DNA of 64,000 nucleotides from assembly GCF_964355755.1 (NCBI RefSeq), contig NC_092673.1, positions 5,022,001-5,086,000 of the forward strand. The letters are read 5' to 3'. This stretch comes from Antedon mediterranea (lineage: Eukaryota; Animalia; Echinodermata). Every line of letters starts with the position of its first letter. Positions within the stretch are counted from its first letter, which is position 1. The notes under the pieces are model-generated. The model made no database searches, was not told the origin of the DNA, and saw nothing but the letters and a program-made list of their open reading frames with translations. This document shows positions 29,527 to 42,055 of the stretch, piece after piece. Both the position numbers and the translations under genes were made by a program.

Positions 29527-29556
29527 TTTACACCAAAGAAACAAATTGGAAATTTC

Positions 29557-29603
29557 GTTAATGAGATGTTAATGAGATGTTAATGAGATGTTAATGAGAT
29601 GTT
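29557..29603. repeat. 11-bp tandem (GTTAATGAGAT) x4
   Basis: Four perfect units. Confidence 0.92.
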
Positions 29604-31512
29604 CGATTACAACATCTTGTTTCAGAATTATCATTGCTTCAAGTCTCCATTGTGTTTAAAATTTATTATATTATTTATTCTTTCTGAGTATTACGCAATA
29701 AACTTTTACTATCTCTGTGATACATTGTATACTTGTATATTTGCTTTCATTTTTCACCAGGATTATTGAACATGGAACAAAACATGAAAGAGTTATAGGC
29801 TAATTAACTCAATGCGGTGGTTAAGTGGTTAAAAGTTTCGGACACCAAAAAGTACTATTTTGTTCAGGTACGATTCATGTACTCCTGTAAACACATTCTT
29901 AAACAATAATATTTTTATTATTATATATATATATGTAATAATGTTTATAGGCCTACTACGCGCGCAATTTATAATCATTTTTCTATTGTGTTGTCTATAA
30001 TTCTTTGTTAGAGTTTTTGCATTTAGAATGTGAGGGTCACGTGGTGTATGCGGTTTTAGTATCATTGGTGGAGTTCATCTTTTAATATTAACCGCCTCTT
30101 ATGTTTTATCAAAATTTAATAATGATAAATTACAATCAAAAGAGACTTAATGCCAAACACTGTTACATCGTTATGTTGCATTTATATTTATTCTAGCAAA
30201 ATATTATTGGTAATTACATTGAAACACGTCAATTTAATATAATATGTCGCCGATTTGTTCGAATTTGATGTTATTAGTACTTTACATATGCTAACGATGT
30301 AAACAAACTTATGAAAAAATTATTTAGTTGCACGGGAAATAAGTAGGTTAATTTGAAGAACAATAATAATGTTCGCATTTTTTATCTATTCCGCACTTTC
30401 TGGTACAATTAAATGGTTTTAATAAGTTGCTTTATTTGCCAAAATATATCATTTATTAGTAACTCATGACAATTGATCAATATTGACATTTAAGCGAACG
30501 AGCGTATAAGAGTTTAATAAAACTTTCCACTAATGTTTTTTACTAAGAGTTTTATGGTTATTGTTACAGTAATCAACAGGTTGTATTAATTAAGAGTTAA
30601 AACGCGACGCATACAACGAATTTATGCAGTTTAACACAAAAACATTCTCAATAATTGTATTTGTTTGCTATTCATGGTCACTGTCACCACATTAGTTGAG
30701 TTTACAACATATAAATATATTTGCAATAAATCAGAATCCATATTTAAATGTCAGTTATTTTATTTTATAATTAATGCACTTATAGCGTTCCATAGGATTA
30801 CGCTCAGTAGAATTTCATATTTTCGCTCTGAAATTCTTTATATTGATAACATTGCTACGTAATTATTGACTTGGGACAAATTGAACACGAATGTAATATG
30901 AATTTAGTTACAGTATACGATTTGGTCAAAGTTGAATAGCATGCGTGGTTCGGGTTCAGTACATAGCAAACTTTCCGGAGCTCGTTAGCATAGCTCCAAA
31001 GTAATTGTTTGTTAAATTGGCTTTCGCTAACATAACATGACTGTTTTTGTTTCAATTGAGCTATCGTAATTATGTTTAAATTATGTATTTTATTCGGTAG
31101 AATGCTTAGGCCTACCGGTACTCTTTCAGATCCTCCTTAATCGATTCGTCGAACTCACACGAACGAACATTAGAAGGCGTACAGATTTGTAGGAAAAATT
31201 TGTAGCAACCAAATACAAGATCGAAATAAACAGGAAATGTATACATTAATTAATTCAACACGTATCTTACACTATTAGTGGTCAGCTAGGTAAACCATAG
31301 CCTTTCATCAATTAATGCACGATACATTGCATATACCATACATACAGAGGAGTATATGGCAAAATACTAGAAAAAAATATTATAAAAGAATACAATTTCT
31401 ATTAAATTTAATCCAATTAAAAACCACTATGTGACCGATATTGTGGTATTTAGCCGTCTTGATCTTTAAGAACTATAATTTAAGTTCGTAACTTTTTCTG
31501 GAGTCCTTTAAC

Positions 31513-31638
31513 TCCACTCCCTTCTACTTACTCCCCTTCCTTCTACTTAATCCCCTCCCTGCTACTGAATCCCCTCCCTGCTACTTAATCCCCTCCCTGC
31601 TACTTAATCCCCTCCCTGCTACTTAATCCCCCCTCCCG
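31513..31638. repeat. 19-bp minisatellite (CTACTTAATCCCCTCCCTG), about 6 units
   Basis: Tandem C-rich units; four contain TAATCC. Confidence 0.92.
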
Positions 31639-31644
31639 TTATTA

Positions 31645-31704
31645 ACATGCCCAGCGCCTTTGATTTTGTACCTCGGTCTTTGAATTGACGCTTTATAAAT
31701 ATTC

Positions 31705-31765
<61 letters not shown>

Positions 31766-31790
31766 AATAATAATAATAATAATAATAATA
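31645..31790 (+). mobile_element. L2-type SINE/LINE 3' tail with long (AAT)n microsatellite
   Basis: CAGCGCCTTTGA...GACGCTTTATAAAT followed by about 80 bp of (AAT)n. Confidence 0.6.
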
Positions 31791-33384
31791 TGTATGTGTG
31801 GCCATCGTTAATTATAAGCATATTAATTAATTAATGTTTTACAAAACTTAAATTAAACTTATTTAATTGTCACTCTTTCAATATGATTCTTACTGAATGA
31901 TGTACTGTATTTAATAAATTTTTTTAAATTCCATGGCGATAATGTATCTTCGCGCAATACAAATTAAACGAATTAACATTACTCTTACTACGATTCGTGT
32001 ACTTCTGTAAACACGTTATTTAGTACTAATAGTATATACAGTTGAATGAACTGTAATTCGCATTTCTACGTATGTTTTTTATTAACTGTATTTGCTTCAG
32101 GCCACATTTTTTTTAACTTTCTAGTTTTGCTTCTTTTTGACAGCCCGATACGCGTCACGCCCCATTGGTTTTGCACCGAGCGTGAAAAGCGAAAGCGGTT
32201 GCTAAGTATGGCTTAGATGTTATGCCTAATAATTTGCACGATGTTTTCTATTTATTAGGTGACCAATTCAAAATAAATTAATTGATCGACATATCTATGC
32301 CCCAGGTGGCAGACGTAAAATAGTCATCAGGTTGGTAGTACAGCCAAGTTCATGGCTTGCGCACCGTCAAACACATTACACAGAGATTCCATCTTAGGCT
32401 TAGGCCTATAATTGTTTACGTTCATTCGGTGTTTTCGTTTGGCTAATTAAACATTTCCTTTTATAAATTTATCAACATTTTATATTAATTATAGGCCTAA
32501 GTTATAATTAATATTTTGAGCACTCTTTTCGTAGGCCTACAATCTCAATATCAACAAAGGAATACACCATCCCTGTTTATAGAAGTTGTTGAACTCTTAC
32601 TTGATCTACTTTGGTTCAAATCTACTCCGACTATAAGCCTATACATAATACGTTTTTCATACTAAGAATTTTATTATTTTCTTTAAAATAAAATAATTTT
32701 TTATAGGCCTAGTAATTAACAAATTGTTTCTAGATTTTATGGATGAGGGCGTTTATGTGTCTCATTTTAAATCAATACAGATATTGGTGATACTAAATTG
32801 GTCATAAAGTACCAACATCATTAGTTGATCGATGTATATTTCTGTTTTTCGAGATTTTTCATGAGAGGACCATAATTCGTCAACGTACAAACTTTGATAA
32901 TAATCATAAGTGTAAAAGCGTTAAATGCAATCACACGTGCGCGTAAATTGATGATAACCATAAGTGCGCGTAAAAACATTGATAATATCATTTCATAACA
33001 TTTTATGATCATTTTGCGATACTCATCGATGTCGACAAATACATTTTAAAAACGAATTATGACAGCAAAATGCGGTACAGAAATCAAAACGACAAAAATA
33101 TGATATACAGTAACTTTCGAAGGCCTATAATACGTTTCTAATGGATCTACTCGAGGTGATAAATAAAAATCATAATTAATAACAATGTTTTGTTAATAAG
33201 GCTTGTTCACACCTGTCGAAAACACTAAAATTCCATTTCAAATCTAGGCCTAATAGATTGGTTCTCTTTCAATTATGCATGATATGACGATTATGATGAA
33301 TTATATCAAACTTTGAAGATCGTAATAATTAATCAGAGCAATTTGCCTTAAGATAGAACATCATTTGGATTATTGTTAATGAAT

Positions 33385-33659
33385 AATATCCTGAAAAAAT
33401 TTTTTTTTTTTTTATTATGCCATTTTGATGTTCCATAATAGTATAAAAAAAACTGTAATTTAAAGCAAAAAATAGTCAAATTGGCTGCAGCCTGCAGTGG
33501 ATTTTTAGGCCTAACTGTTTTTTTTTTTTGTCTATATAAGTGAAAAAAAAAGGTTTTTTTCTGTGGATGTGATTAACTTTATTAAAACTACAAAATTGCC
33601 TATTCAAAGTCTGATTTTATTAATCTTCATTTTTCATGATTTTGAGAGATAATACATCT
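33385..33659 (-). mobile_element. Kolobok-like MITE, family A copy (left end eroded)
   Basis: Body matches the other copies; ends ATAATACATCT|TTAA. Confidence 0.75.
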
Positions 33660-34509
33660 TTAAACAATTATTGAATTAGAATTGCATTGTTCCCAAAACA
33701 TGAAAATGGAAGATTATTTGAATAGCACATAATCACATTAAATGTTATTTTGTTTTGAGCACACCACCGAACGCTGAGGTCAGATTATACGCTCGCGTGC
33801 GCGTCAAATTTATGGTATCATGTTTTCTACCCTTAGTCAAATGTTTTTATTTTGTTTTTGCATTCTTCCTATGTAGTTTTTAAGAAATCTGTTTTAAGTG
33901 ATTCATTTTATCCTTGTTTAATTAAGCCCCAATGAGGCATAGAATTGAACAAAAAATGACGCACAACAAAGCGGGTCGTTTGATTAATTAATCAGACTGA
34001 ATGGTTTGTATCTGCCGCGTGTTCGTTGCACAGAGGAAGCAGACAACAGTTAAAACCCGTATTGGTGTCAAAACTAATACGAGGAATTCACTGTAAATTT
34101 AAAATGCAAAAGGCCACGCTCATCATTTATAATTTCAATCTTGTTTCTCTATTAAAGTGATTCAGGATTTTATATTAAGCAGATCTTCTGTTAATTTCCA
34201 TTCTCAATTTCTGTTAATTTAGAAGGATTTTTAACTCTTCAACAAATCGCGGTTCACGTTCAGTAATTGATTCATCATAGTTTTAAACAATTTCAATTTG
34301 TTATAAGATAACAGTTGAACAATTACATTTTACTGGTTTAAGACAATAGAGTTTTAATTAGGCCTACACAGCATGTGTATTCAATTTCCACAACAAATGA
34401 GGAAAAAATGTGACCGATACATTTTAAACACTTTAAAATAATCTAATCCCAAACATTAGCGAAACAAAAAAAAACAAACTCATTATAATTTGTTTATATT
34501 AAACCTTAA

Positions 34510-34649
34510 AGATGTATTGTCCCCCTGAAAAATATTGTTTACAATTTGTTTTGTTGAATATTTTAATGTCACATAATAGTTTTGACCAAAAGCTGGATCT
34601 AAACAAAATCTATTTACCTGAAAAAACTGTAATGTTGACAATATTATCT
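34510..34649 (-). mobile_element. Internally deleted family A MITE
   Basis: TTAA|AGATGTATTGTCCCCCTGAAAA...GACAATATTATCT|TTAA. Confidence 0.75.
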
Positions 34650-34849
34650 TTAACACATTCAATTTCAAATAAAACGAAAAAAAGTAAATAGGCCTAATCA
34701 TTGATACATATTAAACAAATAAAATGTTTTCCAATTATATTGGCACTTTGGATTTAAATAGAAATCGTTTGTTCGATATATGAGGAGTTGAATGGCCGGA
34801 CAAATAATTTTTGAACCGAAATAAAAGCATTATAAGGCCTATCTAAAAA

Positions 34850-35022
34850 TTATTATATAAATCCAAAGGCAAATTACTGACAAAATGACAATGCTGTGGG
34901 TAGCTGGATTTCAATTGAGATACAAAATAAAATAAGCAAAAAGCTAAATCAAAACGATAAAGTAAAACAGCCAGAACAATTTGCAGAGCTTTCGGGCATT
35001 AGAGTGCACGTAAATATTATAT
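34850..35022 (-). mobile_element. Dispersed repeat family D, copy 2
   Basis: High similarity to 16465-16650; minus strand retains GCCCGAAAGCTCTGCA. Confidence 0.7.
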
Positions 35023-35604
35023 ATCAAAAAGAGGGTTTTCCTCTTTTGTGTATATTTTTTCCATACAATAGTAGGCCTATATGGTACATATTAGGCCTAC
35101 TATTAAATAGCATGTAAAAGAAGTAGATATAAATAGCCTATAATGTTTTGAGGCGACGTGTTTTATTCTAGTGTTATTGATACGGATGAGTGTTGTGTCG
35201 GGAACCGCCACGTGACTTGACCGTGTCGATGAGTACGGTGACTGATATTAGCTAAATTTCATTGCTAATTATTTTTTACTAATTGTTAGCACCTGTATAT
35301 TTACGGTTCATAATAGTTCGTTTATAAATCCCTTTGTTTATCATCATTTTTAATTCATTTGATTAACTTGTTTAAAGTATGTGTAAAGAAATACTCGATG
35401 TTTACGTTTCAAGATGGCAAATTTTACGGAAATTTGCTTAATGTTTTTTTTTAATTACACAAAGTTTCATATTTTTATATAATGTTATATAATCGTTCAT
35501 GTTTGCATTTACGGTAATGAATTTCAAAGTACATGATCTAATAATATTTGTTACAAACAACACTATATTGCGACACTCCATCGCGTCGTGTTTGATCAAA
35601 TTAC

Positions 35605-35757
35605 TTGCGTTGCGCTTATGTTATTGCGTTGCGCTTAGCGCTTAGGTCATTGCGTTGCACTTAGGTCATTGCGTTGCGCTTAGCTAATTTCGTTGCGCTT
35701 AGCTAATTTCGTTGCGCTTAGGTGATTGCGTTGCGCTTAGGTCATTTCGTTGCGCCC
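35605..35757. repeat. 19-bp tandem (TTGCGTTGCGCTTAGGTCA), about 8 units
   Basis: Tandem units with a variable 5-nt linker; followed by an L2-like GCGCTTTATAAAT tail motif. Confidence 0.9.
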
Positions 35758-35822
35758 AGTTTGTGGATATGTGCGCTTTATAAATCTTATCATCTTATCT
35801 TAATCAATTGATTGATTAAACA

Positions 35823-35973
35823 TTTACGCTCTAGGACGAATAACGTAAGCGCAGCGCAAAAGTGATTTGACGAATAATAAAGCGTTTGATTATTTGAACA
35901 CTCGCTTTTCATTGATCAACTCGCTTGCGTTGTACTTGCGTCAATTAGTTGCGTCCTAGTGCGAACCGTGCTT
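35823..35973. mobile_element. Degenerate Harbinger-like MITE
   Basis: CTAGGACG...ACGTAAGCG on the left versus CGCTTGCGT...CGTCCTAGTGCGAACCGTGCT|TTA on the right. Confidence 0.4.
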
Positions 35974-36254
35974 TAGCAAAGTGTCGATTCATTATTCGGT
36001 CAAAATCAACATACAATACATGATCACTAACAATGTTACAATACAGAAATACAGATATTAACGTTAATTTATCTATTTAAAATAAATAATAATAATAAAT
36101 AAATCCTTTGTTTGTAGTCAATTCTTAATTTAAAAGTAATATAATATTTTTTATTAATTATGTTTAAGATCATTATGTTATGGTTAATTTAAAATACACG
36201 TAATCTTTTGTTATATGGCTGGTAGTTGTTAGATATTATAGTTGTTTAGATGAG

Positions 36255-36473
36255 GCAATGAAGAAGAAATCATTGCAGATGTTCTGCTGTGGCAAGTCAA
36301 AACATGGGCTTGCAAAACAAGGAAGACCAGCACTCACTGAAATATACTAGAGACGGATACTGGTATGCCACCAGAGAGAATAACTTGCTGGTCACAATGG
36401 CAGATAGGAAGTTATGGAGGAATCTAGTCATATGAGTTCGGGTCCTAGACTAAGTAAGTATAAAGTAAGTAAA
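36255..36473 (+). mobile_element. RTE/RTEX-type LINE 3' end (frameshifted ORF2 C-terminus plus TAAG tail)
   Basis: Across frameshifts translates to EEIIADVLLWQ / KHGLAKQGRPALT / LETDTGM / MADRKLWRNLV, matching the RTE LLW.P.HG....GRP..T....DTG...M.DR..WR..V motif; ends CTAAGTAAGTA...AAGTAAGTAA. Confidence 0.75.
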
Positions 36474-36554
36474 TGAGGAGGCAAAGTTCTTTTCATTCGA
36501 TTCTTATAGGTCATGGCGAATTGACCAGTTTCCAACAATCAAGATAAATATAAT

Positions 36555-36872
36555 GGTGAGTGAGTGGCCGAGCGGTTAATACAGTGGAACCGTAATCACG
36601 TAGCCATAACATCGGCAGGGGTTCGAGTCTCACTCACTCCATGGTTCTGGTGGTAGAACGAGTCTTCTCGGATAAGGACTATAAACCGTAGGTCCAGTGT
36701 ACACAACTTGCTCGTGTGCACTTTAAAGAACCTAGTACATCTTTCGAGACGAGTAGGGGGTTACCCCGGTGTATTAGTACATCACAGCCACTGATCACCA
36801 ACTGGGCCCTCTGGGAGATCAGTCTTTGACTGAAGAGGTCACCCAGTATAAAGATAAAAACAAACAAACAAA
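36555..36872 (+). mobile_element. Full-length tRNA-derived SINE with Deu/Nin-like central domain and (CAAA)n tail
   Basis: A-box TGGCCGAGCGG; B-box GGTTCGAGTC; GAGTGAGTG pairs with CACTCACTC. Body GTCTTCTCGGATAAGGACTATAAACCGTAGGTCC...TTAAAGAACC...GAGTAGGGGGTTACCCCGGTGT resembles the Deu domain. Possible ATAAT TSD. Confidence 0.85.
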
Positions 36873-36984
36873 TAATGAAGAATAATATCAAAACAAGTAA
36901 ATTTAAACAGAAAACGAAAACCGGATAAATCCCCCACCCTAAATGTCAAGTGCAGGTTTATGGGCAATTTTATAGGATCGTGAC

Positions 36985-37110
36985 GGCACAACGATTGTAT
37001 TGTTCTTATTGATAATGACGTCGTTTGATTGGACATGTGAAATATTATTTTCTTCAAAGACAAAATGGTTATTCATAAGTTCTAGAATGAAAACGTTTTC
37101 GAATTCGATT
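36985..37110. mobile_element. Internal fragment of family B MITE
   Basis: ATGACGTC.TTTGATT...GAAATATTATTTTC.TCAAAG...AGTTCTAG.ATGAAA matches 10985-11086. Confidence 0.6.
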
Positions 37111-37979
37111 GTTTTCTACGTATATTGTCGAGTTTTATCACACAAGATACAAGTCTATTTTATTGTCAACATTTTACAATTTTGAGATATGTTTTGTACC
37201 TTAGTAGATCATTAGATAATACCAAAGTGTTGAAAATCTGAAACGGTTTGTCGAAATTGTTTTCGGTGTCGGCCTAGCCATTTCTGATCTGCTAATAATA
37301 ATATATGCAGAGTGTGGGTAGGTCTTGTATAATCCAATCAATGTTAGTTCAACTCTTGGACGGTGCCTCTCTATCCATCAAGATACTTATAAAAGGTGAC
37401 ACGAACTTAAGAATAAAAAACGTGTAGCAAATACGATATAAACATCGCATTGCGTCATCAATATAATATATGTAAATAAAAAACAATATTCTTTGATATA
37501 GATCCTTTGGATGTTTATACGTGGTTTGTTATGTAATTCTCTTATTATGAATTAAGGTTGTAAGTAAATTGTCGTAAGATATTAGGTCTGACGTCTCAAG
37601 ATTTAATGACAACAAGACATAATATTTGTTTGATTAGACAACCATTGACTCTTTAAATCGCGGATTCACCCGTACAGGGATACTTACACGTCACTTAAAA
37701 AACAACACAAATGACGGTAGGCCTAAAAGTTCAAAATGGGTGAATAATTCTGTCCAGAAAAAAAATAAACTTTAGAATTTGGACGAAAAAGAATAACTGG
37801 CATAAAAAAATGTAGATTTTCTTTATAGTTATCAGACAGGTGATGGATACACATTTGTACACTGTATAGTTGGATTCACAATAACTAGAAAGGACATTGC
37901 TGAATACATTGCGTATCTCGTCGTATATGTCTATATCTATCATATGATATTATTAATTAACAAATTGTATCTTGCGTTA

Positions 37980-38111
37980 AGCTCTGTCTACACTATCAAA
38001 CTATTTTGATGTGCCCAAATATGGTAGTGATATGCTTAAATATGGTAGTCACATGACATCATCATGTCAATATGGGCACGTCACATAAAGTTTGATAGTG
38101 TAGACAAGGCT
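37980..38111. mobile_element. PIF/Harbinger-like MITE, family C
   Basis: TTA|AGCTCTGTCTACACTATCAAACT...AGTTTGATAGTGTAGACAAGGCT|TTA; internal AAATATGGTAGT repeats. Confidence 0.88.
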
Positions 38112-41100
38112 TTACGTGATGTAAATTTTACTTTATCATTTTTCTATAGCAATATGCTTTAACTTAATATAATATAATATAATATAGACGAATAGGAACG
38201 GGGCTGTAAAATAGGTTTATAAATCTGTTAGGTAAAACGTTTCCTCTCTACGAAACCTTTAACACACTGGATATAACAAATCAACAAAACCATGGAGTAA
38301 TTATTACTCCATGACAAAACACAACAATAAAATTACCCTTTCACAATCGAACTCTTTGTAAACTACAACCTCAATTTATTACAATGGTTTCATTACTACA
38401 TCAAAGGAACCGAAATTGAATTTAACAATTAAGTAATTGTACATAAAATGATTAAAATAGTCGTCGAAAGAACGAGACATCGTAACTATACTATTAATAT
38501 ACCGTTTTAAACATCACACGCTGTCATCAAACCATTTTTTTCAACGCTGTCATGCTACCTTCGTTGGTGACGCTCCGTGAACAATGTAAACGTACTCGCA
38601 CATCATTTAATTATCACTCCGCATTTGAATGCGAAAACGTTTCATAATACTGTATACGTGCGAAGAAAGTCACAATACAGTACCTAAAACTAAAACGCGT
38701 CATCAGCTCGTTAATTTTTAAACGCGTTACTGTTAATAATTATATAAGAAAGTCGTCGCCCATAAGGTCGGGGTGAAAACGACTTTTTAAACTATAGCCA
38801 TAAGAATTTTGTTCACTATTTAAGTTACAGTCAATTTAATTTTTTCTTTTTTTTTAATTTTTTTTTTTCTTTTAATAATTTTTTTATGTATTAATTTTTT
38901 TTAATTTTTTTTCTTTAATTAAATAATTTTCTTTTAAATTGTTTCTTAATATTTTGTTTGCCTTCGCTTGAAATGCCAAGTTAGTTATACATATACATAT
39001 GATTTTTTTTCCGCTGGTGGACCTAACCCTAAAGCCCGCTGGGCTTATCACTAGAACAAGTGTCTTCTACTTGAAGTATAGCATATTTGTGTGTAAATTA
39101 AAGTAATTAGGCCTCAATTGAATTACCAAAGTTTGAAATAATCATTTTGTTTGTTAATTATACCCTGAGCAATATTTTAACATGACACTAATGGTCTTTC
39201 TTCCACAACAACCATGTACGTAGAGTTCGCAACAACAAAAGATAAACAAAAAGATTCACTATAAACAGACAGATAGATATTGAATTTGTATTATAATAGT
39301 GTTTCTAGAAACAAATTCTAATAATTTTACATTTTACATGCAATATTAAATTTAAATCAGGACCGGGCCTAATTGGTCTTTTAAGTTGGAATAATACCGT
39401 ACTTAACTTGGCGTTTCATTTCTTAATTGCTAGCATTCATTTCATTAATCTATTTGGTAAAAATAAATTTCAACACAAGAAAAACCAAAAACACAACAAA
39501 AGATGACAAGCAATATGCACTACAAATGGAAGTTAAAGTATTAAAAAAAAGATTACAAAATAAAATATTTAATGATTTTTTAATGTTTATAAAAACTTAA
39601 GAACGGGGCTAATAATAGTATAAAGTAACTTTCCGAATCTTCTTTTTTCCCCTTCTTTTGATAGAATATGTATAATGACCAATAAGTTAATGACTTTATA
39701 GAATGAGAATGAGACACGATGTTAAATGGGTGATCTTAATTTGATTGGACTGTCGGTTCACCGACCGACCGGTCTGGGACAACAAAAAGTGCAAACTCCA
39801 AATAACCAGAACAGGAATAGTCAAATTTAGTCTCAAATTTCCTGATAACAATTTTCGTGTGATTTGTGACAAGTCTTTTTGTGATTTCTGACGATTGCTT
39901 TCATCCATCTCAGTAGGCCTAGGTCATTAGGCCTACGTCGAGTATCTCCCACGAATTAAGGTAAACCCGTCATGACACACCGCGCGTTGCGGTTATACAC
40001 CTGTTTTATGGAGTCAAGTATAAGGCCTACACGTAAGCCCCATGTTAGATGTGACTTGTTGTCTTATGTTATAAGAAAGCATTGATGCCGGAAGTAATGA
40101 TAAAACATAAAAAGTTAACAACTGTTACAGCCCATTTACACAGCTCAGGAAAGTTTGATCTCGTATGACCTGTGAATCACATTTGTTGCCTCATTAAGTT
40201 CTTCATATCAAAATTAACCGAGGGCGCTTCTTCTTGCATGGGAGTAGACTAGACTATATTTACACAAAATAATTGATAATAAATCATTATTTTGAAGAAA
40301 GGAACTGTTTTTTAAGTCGAGCGTCGTTTTGTGTAAAAACTATTTCTTGTTATAACTCCGTTATCTTCTTCTTGCCACTTTGACGTGACGTGACGTCATA
40401 CGGTACTTGACGCGGGCCATTTGAATACACATGTTGCAGTCTTCTTTGGAGTGGGGTGGGGATGATGGAGGGGAATAGAGAACTATTAGGACACCTTCGG
40501 GAAATTGGTATACTATGTATCTAGTACCCTTAGTATGTGTCCCTAGAATAGACGTTGGCCATGTGTTAATTAAGTATATTACCACGTCCATCATTTGTTT
40601 TCTAGTAAAGTTAATAGAGTGTTCCAAAGGAAGGGTTCTACGTGTGTTTTAAGCGCCCTTGAAATAAGGTGTAGGCCTTGCATATGAGATGATTTGGAAT
40701 GAATTGGGGAAGACCACTCCCTTGCATTTTACACAACTATTGCTTTCGGGAGCAGGTAAGGATCCAGGTACGTGTTCATCATCATGTATACTATTTTGTT
40801 ATTATGTCAGTATTGATGATAATGGATATTTAGTCGTCACCACACAATTAGCTGATAATGCAGTTAATTCTACCGATTTCGCATCAATTTTAACCTTCGT
40901 TCCTCGGGGATTCGATACAATCAGGTACTTATGTAAAACAATTAGCCAACTTTCACCTCATAATCGTCAATATCGAGAATTTACAGAATAGTTTTTTTAT
41001 CAAACTGTGAAACACGTCAAATAAACTGTAATCAGAAGGGCGGAATAATACATAGATAGTGCTTATAATTGATTTCTCATCGGAGATCTAGTCGATTCGG

Positions 41101-41754
41101 TTGTGTAAAAGCCTCTTAAGTGTTGGGCCATTAAAACATATCGTTTTAATTGGTCTAATGCGTGTTAATACATAATTATGAGGTGGAGAGAATTGTCGGA
41201 AAATGGCGGTCCCACCAGCAGCCTCGCAAGATTTCACACTTTGAACAATTACTCACAATAATTGCGTCGTTTTAACGCAATTTACATCAGCGGATCAATA
41301 CCGAAAGCTCTGAAACAAATGCACTAGATAATGTAAACCACGGCTTCATCTTATCAATATGGATATCTAATAGATAAATTAAAATCATAATCTGCTCAGT
41401 GAGAACTCGTCGAGAGTTTATTCACTTTCGTCGCACAATTCATCTAGTTAATAATAGAGCCTAGCAATCTGTCATATATTATAACACCAATTAATTGTTG
41501 TAATAAGTGATTTTTGATAATATAGTCTGTAAACTGATCGTGTACAACAACATATGACATACCACTCGATATTCGTACGGTATCATGCAGGTGATCCAGT
41601 ACGTTCTTCTCAAAATTCAGACATCATTACTACTGTTTTTTAAATTTTATATTTTATCCTGAAATATTAAATTTGTATCTGTATATGGATTTTATTGTAA
41701 ATAGAGCATTATAGTGCTTTTCATAATTACCAAACTTATACATTTTTATATTGT

Positions 41755-41866
41755 ATAAAGGAATTACTGACTCATTGAGTCATAGTGGCCTAGGTCGCTT
41801 TTGGTTTTTCTTGACCTGTTTTATTGTTGTATTTTTTGATCAAAATAAATAAATGAAATGAAAAAT
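41755..41866 (+). mobile_element. CR1/L2-group LINE 3' end
   Basis: TGACTCATTGAGTCA hairpin and AATAAATAAATGAAATGAAA tail, as at 29390-29526. Confidence 0.45.
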
Positions 41867-41908
41867 GGTCAATAAACAATGAATAACAATGATCAAGCTG
41901 AAAAATAA

Positions 41909-42055
41909 AGCCTTGTCTACACTATAAAACTTTATGTGACAAAAATGTGTGGTGTGTCTATATATGGTAGTAAAATGTTCAAATTATGGTAGTGATATCA
42001 CATCATCGTGTCCACATTTTTTTGTCACATAAAGTTTGATAGTGTAGACAGAGCA
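41909..42055. mobile_element. PIF/Harbinger-like MITE, family C
   Basis: TAA|AGCCTTGTCTACACTATAAAACTTTATGTGACAAAAA...TTTTTGTCACATAAAGTTTGATAGTGTAGACAGAGCA|TAA. Confidence 0.88.

Noticed and set aside
36555-36640. tRNA gene
   Set aside because: The anticodon/variable region does not fold canonically and it continues into a SINE body and tail.
40361-40991. ORFs of 88 and 100 aa in a GC-elevated patch
   Set aside because: No recognisable domain or splice structure; probably TE debris (GGGACAC and TTTACACAA motifs).
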